32,000 nucleotides of DNA, taken from Thermoplasmata archaeon. GTDB taxonomy: Archaea > Thermoplasmatota > Thermoplasmata > RBG-16-68-12. How positions within the stretch are numbered: position 1 is the first letter of the stretch; each line of letters starts with the position of its first letter. The notes beneath the pieces were generated by a model. It did no database searches and was not told where the DNA came from. It was given only the letters and a program-made list of their open reading frames with translations. The stretch spans positions 2,580-34,579 of the forward strand of contig DATBLI010000055.1 of assembly GCA_036555455.1 (NCBI GenBank), given 5' to 3'. This document shows positions 27,138 through 32,000 of this stretch, piece by piece. The translations under genes and the position numbers were made by a program.

Positions 27138-27812
27138 ATGGGGGCGTCCGTGTCCATCCCGCTCGCGCCTGCGGGGAAGACGTTGGAGGCGGTGCGCATC
27201 GCGACGCGGTCGCGTTTCTTCCTCGCATCCGTGTTCCTCGCCAGCGGCGCGCTCCTCCTCTCACTCGCGAAGCTCCTCCTGGCCGCGCAACCTGTTGGCT
27301 TCCTGTCGGGGCTCATCCTCGCGTCCCTCCTCCTCGTCCTTGGCCTCTCCGAAGGCGCGCTCAGCGGTCGGGCCCTGGGCCATGCCTTTCCCCTGAGTGA
27401 GTTCGCCGCCGCCGCACGGGGGTCCCTCCTCGCCGCCCTCGCCCTGTTCCTTCCCCTCGCCGCCCTCGCGTCCGCGGGGTGGGCGATCCTGGCCCTCCCC
27501 AGCACGCCGATCGTCCTCATCCCCTCCCTACCATTGTTCTGGGCGCCGCCCTCCGGGGTCGCGGCAATCGGCCTCGTGACCGCCGCACGCGAGCTCGCCT
27601 CAGAACGCATGGCCGTCCTCGGCGCGACGGGCTCGGGTTTCGTCCTCTCCGCCGCGGTGTTCTCCGTAGGCTGGTCCCTCGTGGATGCACGCGCGGCCCT
27701 CGAGAGCCCGCTCTTCTCCGCCCAACTCCTCCTCGTGGGTGCGGGCTTCCTTCTCCTGGCAATCAGTTTTTCCCAGGATGCCTGGGTTGCCCGCGGCGGC
27801 CGCCGGCCGTGA
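27138..27812 (+). CDS. Hypothetical polytopic membrane protein (224 aa, L/A-rich, about 6 predicted TM segments)
   Basis: Strong G/C third-position bias and repeated 20-aa hydrophobic stretches. The opposite-strand reading is R-rich nonsense. Confidence 0.65.
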   Translation: MGASVSIPLAPAGKTLEAVRIATRSRFFLASVFLASGALLLSLAKLLLAAQPVGFLSGLILASLLLVLGLSEGALSGRALGHAFPLSEFAAAARGSLLAALALFLPLAALASAGWAILALPSTPIVLIPSLPLFWAPPSGVAAIGLVTAARELASERMAVLGATGSGFVLSAAVFSVGWSLVDARAALESPLFSAQLLLVGAGFLLLAISFSQDAWVARGGRRP

Positions 27813-27830
27813 GGCTTTGCCACTGCGTCG

Positions 27831-27846
27831 CACCGTTTGACAAAGG
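27831..27846 (+). promoter_or_regulatory. TATA-like element (CACCGTTTGACAAAGG) about 30 nt upstream of ATG 27868
   Basis: CGTTT core as in other promoters, at leaderless spacing. Confidence 0.35.
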
Positions 27847-27867
27847 ACTTATGTCGTCGAGTCCCCG

Positions 27868-28650
27868 ATGTGCGACACGCCCATGACGGGACCTCCCCCC
27901 TCCCGGCGGGCACCTCCTCCATCTGCCTCTTGGCCCCGGGAACTCCATCGAGCCGCCCTCTTCCTCGGCATCGGCGGGGTCCTCTACTGGCTCTCCTTCG
28001 CGACCGAGGGCACGGTCTTCTGGATTCCGAATGTCGGCGTGTTCTTCCCGGACCTCTTCCTCGCGTGGCTCGCCGTCCTGACGAGCTGCGCTGCATGGCC
28101 GAGCCTGTGGGCCGGCCTCAAGGCCCTCAAGCGCCAGAGGCCCGAGGACGGGAACCCCGTCATCGCGTGGCGTGCATTCCTCCTGACCCTCCTCCTCATC
28201 CTTGCGGCTGTCGTGATCCTGCCCCTCCGCTACAGCATGCCCGGGGACACGCTCGCGTGGCTGCTCGTCCTCTACGTGAGCGCGTGGCCCTTCCTCGCCT
28301 GGACTTTCGTCCCGATCCTCGCCCTCCATGGGATCGTCTTCGGTCGCGTCGCGAACTACTTGGACGCGTGGGGCCGGCGTCTCGCGAAGACGGGCGCGGC
28401 CCTCATGTTCGCGGTGGCCGCGGTCACGACCATCGTCATCCTCCAGAATCCCGACCCGATGATCTTTGTGCGGTCCTGGAGCGCAGGACAGGGACTCCTG
28501 CCGGCGGCCTCCTGCCTCGGGTACGTGCTCATCGCGACGGCGATGACGATCGGAGAGCCGGCCCCGGAGCCCATGCCGACTCGGGGATGGGCCCTCGCCA
28601 GGACGCCTCGATACCGACTCAGCTCAGAGCACGCCGTATATCATCGATGA
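27868..28650 (+). CDS. Hypothetical polytopic membrane protein (260 aa, W-rich TM segments)
   Basis: Coding-type codon bias and several clear TM helices (LFLGIGGVLYWLSF, FFPDLFLAWLAVL, FLLTLLLILAAVVIL, AWLLVLYVSAWPFLAWTFVPIL...). The 3' end overlaps the convergent PLP-enzyme gene by 32 nt. Confidence 0.65.
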   Translation: MCDTPMTGPPPSRRAPPPSASWPRELHRAALFLGIGGVLYWLSFATEGTVFWIPNVGVFFPDLFLAWLAVLTSCAAWPSLWAGLKALKRQRPEDGNPVIAWRAFLLTLLLILAAVVILPLRYSMPGDTLAWLLVLYVSAWPFLAWTFVPILALHGIVFGRVANYLDAWGRRLAKTGAALMFAVAAVTTIVILQNPDPMIFVRSWSAGQGLLPAASCLGYVLIATAMTIGEPAPEPMPTRGWALARTPRYRLSSEHAVYHR

Positions 28651-29743
28651 GGTCCTCGGCGTCCTCGATGCCCACGGAGAACCGGACGAGGCCTTCCGTA
28701 ATCCCCTGCTTCTTCTGCTGTTCGACGGGCACGCTCTTGTGGGTCATCGTCGCGGGCACCTCGATGAGGGACTCGACCCCGCCGAGGCTCTCCGCGAGGA
28801 TGATCACCTCAAGCCGCTTGAGGCGGTCCATGAGGCCCTTCGGATCTTGGACTTCGAAGCTGAGCATGCCGCCGAAGCGCCGCATCTGTTTCTTCGCTAC
28901 GGCGTGGCCGGGGTCGTCGGGTAGGCCGGGGTAGTGGACCTTCGCAACCGCGGAATGGGCCTTGAGGAACGCTGCGAGCCGCTCCGCGTTGTCGCAGTGC
29001 TTCTCCATCCGGACGGAGAGGGTCTTGATCCCGCGGAGGATGAGCCATGCGTCAAAGGGGCTCGGCACCGCGCCGAGGGCGTTCTGGGCGAACCTCAACC
29101 TGTCGAAGAGGTCCTCACGGTTCATCACGAGGGCACCGCCGAGGACGTCCGCGTGGCCGCCAAGGTATTTCGTCATCGAGTGCACGACAAGGTCGACGCC
29201 GAGCTTCAGGGGGTTCTGCAGGGCGGGCGACGCGAACGTGTTGTCGCAGACGCTCAGGGCGTCGTGGGCCTTCGTGATTACCGCGAGCTCGCGGAGGTCC
29301 GCGACCTTCATCAGCGGGTTCGTGGGCGACTCCATCCAGAGCATCCGCGTTTCAGGGCGGAAAGAGTCCTCCACGTCGACGAGGTCCCGGAGGTCCATGA
29401 AGGTCGATTCGATGCCGTACGCGGACATGAAGCGCGTGAAGATGCGGTAGACGCCGCCGTAGCAATCGTCCGTGACGATCACGTGGTCTCCCTTCTTCAG
29501 AAGGGTCAGGGCCGTGGTGATCGCACCCATCCCGCTGGAGAAGGCAAGGGCGTGTTTCGCGTCTTCCAGAGCCGCCAGGTTCTCTTGGAGCCTCGCTCGG
29601 GTCGGATTCTGGCCGCGGGCGTACGTGAGTTCGGACTGTTCCCGCTGGGAGTAGGTGGAAGTCATGTAGATGGGCGGGGTGACCGCGCCCGTGGTTGGCT
29701 CGGGCTCCTGACCGGCGTGGATCGTCTTCGTGGCAAAGCGCAT
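28619..29743 (-). CDS. Cys/Met-metabolism PLP enzyme (cystathionine gamma-lyase / gamma-synthase / beta-lyase family)
   Basis: TK.IHAG......GAV..PIY.TSTY, NPTR..L...LA.LE....A.AFSSGM.A, VVHS.TKYLGGH.D (PLP-Lys), and ESLGGVESLI..PA.MTH. Start is ATG 29743; the 450-aa track version is an upstream extension. Confidence 0.9.
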   Translation of the reverse strand: MRFATKTIHAGQEPEPTTGAVTPPIYMTSTYSQREQSELTYARGQNPTRARLQENLAALEDAKHALAFSSGMGAITTALTLLKKGDHVIVTDDCYGGVYRIFTRFMSAYGIESTFMDLRDLVDVEDSFRPETRMLWMESPTNPLMKVADLRELAVITKAHDALSVCDNTFASPALQNPLKLGVDLVVHSMTKYLGGHADVLGGALVMNREDLFDRLRFAQNALGAVPSPFDAWLILRGIKTLSVRMEKHCDNAERLAAFLKAHSAVAKVHYPGLPDDPGHAVAKKQMRRFGGMLSFEVQDPKGLMDRLKRLEVIILAESLGGVESLIEVPATMTHKSVPVEQQKKQGITEGLVRFSVGIEDAEDLIDDIRRALS

Positions 29744-29795
29744 CGAATCGCCAGGGTGGGACGTGCAACCCGGTCGTAAAAGGTTTCCGAAGGGA

Positions 29796-31166
29796 TCAGA
29801 TGCGTCCGGCGAGATAGTCGATGACGTCAATCCGGGTAATGATGCCCTCAAGGCGCGTCTCTGTCCCGACGACCACGGCGGGCGTCTCCCGGAGAAGGAG
29901 CTTGTAGATTCGATCCAGGTCGGCCCCGGGCTCGACCAAGGGGAACGGTCTCTCCATGACCTTACCCACATGGTCGTCGTAGAGCTTCGGGTCCTCGAGG
30001 AGGGCCTTCATGAGGACCTCCTCGCGGAGGCTGCCCACCATGATCCCCACATCCATCACGGGAAGCTGGGAGACGTCGTATTGGCGCATGAGGTCCACGG
30101 CCTCGCGCACCTTGGCGGCGATGTCGACCGTGATTACTCCGGGGAATCGCTTCTCCTTCGCCCGCAGGATGGAAACGATCGGCGCCAGGGGCTCCTCGAG
30201 GTAGCCCTGCTCCTTCAGCCACTCTTCGTTGTGGGCCTTGGACAGATACCGCAGGCCCGTGTCCGGCAAGAGGACGACCAGGACATCGCCCTTCCCGAGG
30301 CCTTGAGCGACTCGGAGTGCGCCGACAAGAGCGGCACCGCTGGAGCTGCCCGCGAGGATTCCTTCCTCCCGCGCGAGGCGGCGCGTCATCAGGTACGCCT
30401 CCTTGTCGCTTACCTTCTCGATCGCGTCGACGTATTCGAACCACGTCGTCGTGGGGACGAAGTCTTCCCCGATGCCCTCGATCTTGTATGGATGGCCTTG
30501 CACTCGCTCCTTCTTGTAAAAGGAGTCCTTCAAGATCGACCCCAGGGGGTCCACGCCGATGATCTTGACGTGCGGGTTCTTCTCCTTGAGGAACTTGCCC
30601 ACCCCGCTGATCGTCCCGCCTGTGCCCATGCCGCAGACGAAGTGGGTGACCTTGCCGTCCGTGTCCCGCCAGATTTCCGGGCCTGTGGTCTCGTAATGCG
30701 CTCGCGGGTTCGCCTGATTCGCGTACTGGTTCGGGAGGACCGAATTCGGTGTCTCCCGATGGATCTTTTCCGCGACCTTGTAGTAGGATTCCGGGTGCTC
30801 CGGCGGCACCGCCGTGGGCGTGACCACGACGCGGGCGCCGAAGGCCTTGAGCATGTCGAGCTTCTCGCGGCTCATCTTATCGGGGATCGTAAAGACGAGC
30901 CGGTAGCCCTTGATCGCCCCGACCATCGCGAGCCCCATTCCCGTGTTTCCGCTCGTGGGTTCGATGATCGTGCCCCCGGGCCTGAGGAGCCCCTTCTTCT
31001 CTGCGTCCTCGATCATCATCTGCCCGATGCGGTCTTTGACCGAGCCACCCGGATTGAACATCTCGAGCTTCGCGAGGAAGAGCGGATTCACGTCCGCCGC
31101 GACCTTTGGGAGCTTCACGAGCGGCGTGTTGCCGATCGTCTCAAGGATGTTGTTGAAGTAGCGCAC
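29796..31166 (-). CDS. Cystathionine beta-synthase-like enzyme (fold-type II PLP domain plus C-terminal tandem CBS/Bateman domains)
   Basis: IGNTPLV.L, NPGGSVKDR (PLP-Lys), EPTSGNTG, GTGGTISG, and a ~130-aa C-terminal pair of CBS motifs (VITVD....A..LM....VSQLPV ... GIITRIDV..YL). GTG start preceded by GGAGG. Confidence 0.85.
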   Translation of the reverse strand: MRYFNNILETIGNTPLVKLPKVAADVNPLFLAKLEMFNPGGSVKDRIGQMMIEDAEKKGLLRPGGTIIEPTSGNTGMGLAMVGAIKGYRLVFTIPDKMSREKLDMLKAFGARVVVTPTAVPPEHPESYYKVAEKIHRETPNSVLPNQYANQANPRAHYETTGPEIWRDTDGKVTHFVCGMGTGGTISGVGKFLKEKNPHVKIIGVDPLGSILKDSFYKKERVQGHPYKIEGIGEDFVPTTTWFEYVDAIEKVSDKEAYLMTRRLAREEGILAGSSSGAALVGALRVAQGLGKGDVLVVLLPDTGLRYLSKAHNEEWLKEQGYLEEPLAPIVSILRAKEKRFPGVITVDIAAKVREAVDLMRQYDVSQLPVMDVGIMVGSLREEVLMKALLEDPKLYDDHVGKVMERPFPLVEPGADLDRIYKLLLRETPAVVVGTETRLEGIITRIDVIDYLAGRI

Positions 31167-31197
31167 CCCGCGCCTCCCCTTCAGTCACGAACTGAGG

Positions 31198-31214
31198 CTC
31201 GCTATAAGAACGTG
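31198..31214 (-). promoter_or_regulatory. BRE/TATA (minus strand GCACGTTCTTATAGCGA) about 39 nt upstream of the CBS-like GTG, between tRNA-Cys and the operon
   Basis: ACGTT-TTATAG core like other promoters. Followed by an AGGGGAGG Shine-Dalgarno-like sequence. Confidence 0.45.
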
Positions 31215-31245
31215 CCGCGCCCCCTGGTTCCCAGGGAAACCAGAG

Positions 31246-31318
31246 TGCCGGGGGAGGGAGTCGAACCCTCTGGAAACCGATCTGCAGTCGGTCACATTAG
31301 CCGCTCTGTCACCCCGGC
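31246..31318 (-). tRNA. tRNA-Cys (anticodon GCA), 73 nt, no encoded CCA
   Basis: Hand-folded cloverleaf from the minus strand: acceptor GCCGGGG/CCCCGGC. D arm ACA(G)-AGCGGCUA-(A)UGU. Anticodon arm ACCGA-CUGCAGA-UCGGU. Variable loop UUCCA. T arm GAGGG-UUCGACU-CCCUC. Discriminator reads A. Confidence 0.85.
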
Positions 31319-31340
31319 GGCCCTCGACCCATCCGACCCT

Positions 31341-31360
31341 TGGTAATTGAACCTTTTCGC
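31341..31360 (-). promoter_or_regulatory. BRE/TATA-like element (minus strand GCGAAAAGGTTCAATTACCA) about 30 nt upstream of the tRNA-Cys 5' end
   Basis: A-rich BRE plus an AT-rich box at the canonical distance from the mature 5' end. Confidence 0.4.
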
Positions 31361-31386
31361 GGGAGCTTCGCCGCGTACGTGCACGG

Positions 31387-31402
31387 GGAACGTATTTATC
31401 CC
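31387..31402 (+). promoter_or_regulatory. BRE/TATA (GGAACGTATTTATCCC) about 28 nt upstream of ATG 31424
   Basis: Consensus-like AACGT-TTTAT element at leaderless spacing. Confidence 0.5.
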
Positions 31403-31423
31403 GACGAGGGACTTGCGCGCGGG

Positions 31424-32000
31424 ATGCTCGGCTCGAAGGTGATAACGGACACGGTGCATGGCACCGTCCGCCTCGAACCTCTCATTCAAGACCTCTTGGA
31501 GACGCTTGAGATCCAGCGGCTCAACTCGATTCGCCAGCTCGGCCTCACGTACCTCGTCTTCCCGGGTGCGAACCACTCCCGCGTGGAGCACTGCCTCGGC
31601 GTGAGCCACGTGGCCGGCGAGATGGCGAAGGCCTTGGGCCTCCCTGAGGACGAGCGCAAGCTCGTCCAGGCGGCGGGGCTCCTCCATGATGTCGGCCACG
31701 GACCATACTCCCACACCCTCGAGCACGTCCTGAGCCGCGAGCTCGCCGTGGATCACATGCACCTCACCCAACGCATCATCACGGGAGAGGACGACAACGT
31801 CTCTCCGGAGGATCGCCGAGCCTTCCCCGACGTGCCGAGGATTCACGAGGTCCTCCACAGGCATGGAGTCGGCCCGCGGACCGTCGCGGCCCTGATCCGC
31901 GGGCCCGCGGAGGAAGGCACGAGCTTCCTCTTGCCCGGGCGGAAACAGGAACGGCGGTACCTCGCGCAGATTATCCACAGCCCGATGGATGCGGACCAGA
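31424..32000 (+). CDS. HD-domain phosphohydrolase (dNTPase/SAMHD1-like, COG1078 type), N-terminal part; 3' end lies outside the window
   Basis: Not in the supplied track because no stop falls inside the window. My translation: MLGSKVITDTVHGTVRLEPLIQDLLETLEIQRLNSIRQLGLTYLVFPGANHSRVEHCLGVSHVAGEM...AAGLLHDVGHGPYSH.... This carries the family signature (D.VHG.I.L, QRL..I.QLG, PGA.HSR.EH.LGV, LLHD.GHGP.SH). Confidence 0.85.
   Translation, partial: MLGSKVITDTVHGTVRLEPLIQDLLETLEIQRLNSIRQLGLTYLVFPGANHSRVEHCLGVSHVAGEMAKALGLPEDERKLVQAAGLLHDVGHGPYSHTLEHVLSRELAVDHMHLTQRIITGEDDNVSPEDRRAFPDVPRIHEVLHRHGVGPRTVAALIRGPAEEGTSFLLPGRKQERRYLAQIIHSPMDADQ

Noticed and set aside
27056-28096. N-terminal 347 aa of the 816-aa minus-strand track ORF, which would make a giant CysRS
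   Set aside because: The sequence is Arg/Pro/Ala-rich nonsense. It lies antisense to two well-formed membrane-protein ORFs. A canonical CysRS N-terminus (MPIRVYNTL...) begins at ATG 27055 with a TATA-like box 30 nt upstream.
29730-31346. 538-aa plus-strand ORF
   Set aside because: Antisense to the CBS-like gene and would read through the tRNA-Cys gene. No motifs.
31292-31978. 228-aa minus-strand ORF
   Set aside because: Antisense to the clearly recognisable HD-phosphohydrolase reading frame (31424 onward), which the track omits only because it has no stop in the window. It would also overlap the tRNA.

Overview
GC-rich archaeal chromosomal segment, read entirely by eye. The archaeal call rests on aIF-1A, Nob1, Rio1, a Dim2-like KH protein, pantoate kinase, DUF357 and BRE/TATA promoters. 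DNA gyrase and PPDK suggest a euryarchaeal, Thermoplasmata-like lineage, but this is not provable here. The window is densely packed with about 33 protein genes plus one tRNA. I saw no CRISPR array, rRNA or mobile element. Main blocks: (i) glyA 3' end followed by a tightly coupled tricistron: an E1-like ThiF/MoeB adenylyltransferase, a THUMP-less ThiI PP-loop core, and a 94-aa protein paralogous to the E1 C-terminal domain. (ii) Small-subunit ribosome maturation genes: Nob1, then aIF1A-Rio1-Dim2. (iii) uppS, an archaeal homologue of human CDIN1/C15orf41 (TPD nuclease), PPDK, a PrsW-like protease and a FAH hydrolase. (iv) tmk, a HerA-like ATPase, DUF357, and pantoate kinase with CoaBC. (v) folC, nth and an enolase-superfamily epimerase-like gene. 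(vi) the gyrB-gyrA operon. (vii) a cysteine-themed island: cysS, two unknown membrane proteins, cystathionine gamma-lyase-like, cystathionine beta-synthase-like and tRNA-Cys(GCA). (viii) the 5' part of an HD phosphohydrolase. The best candidate for something undescribed is the E1 / minimal ThiI / TBP-repeat-like module at 290-2309. Many long ORFs in the supplied track are antisense shadows typical of high-GC DNA and were rejected. All family assignments come from motif recognition and need HMM or structure confirmation.
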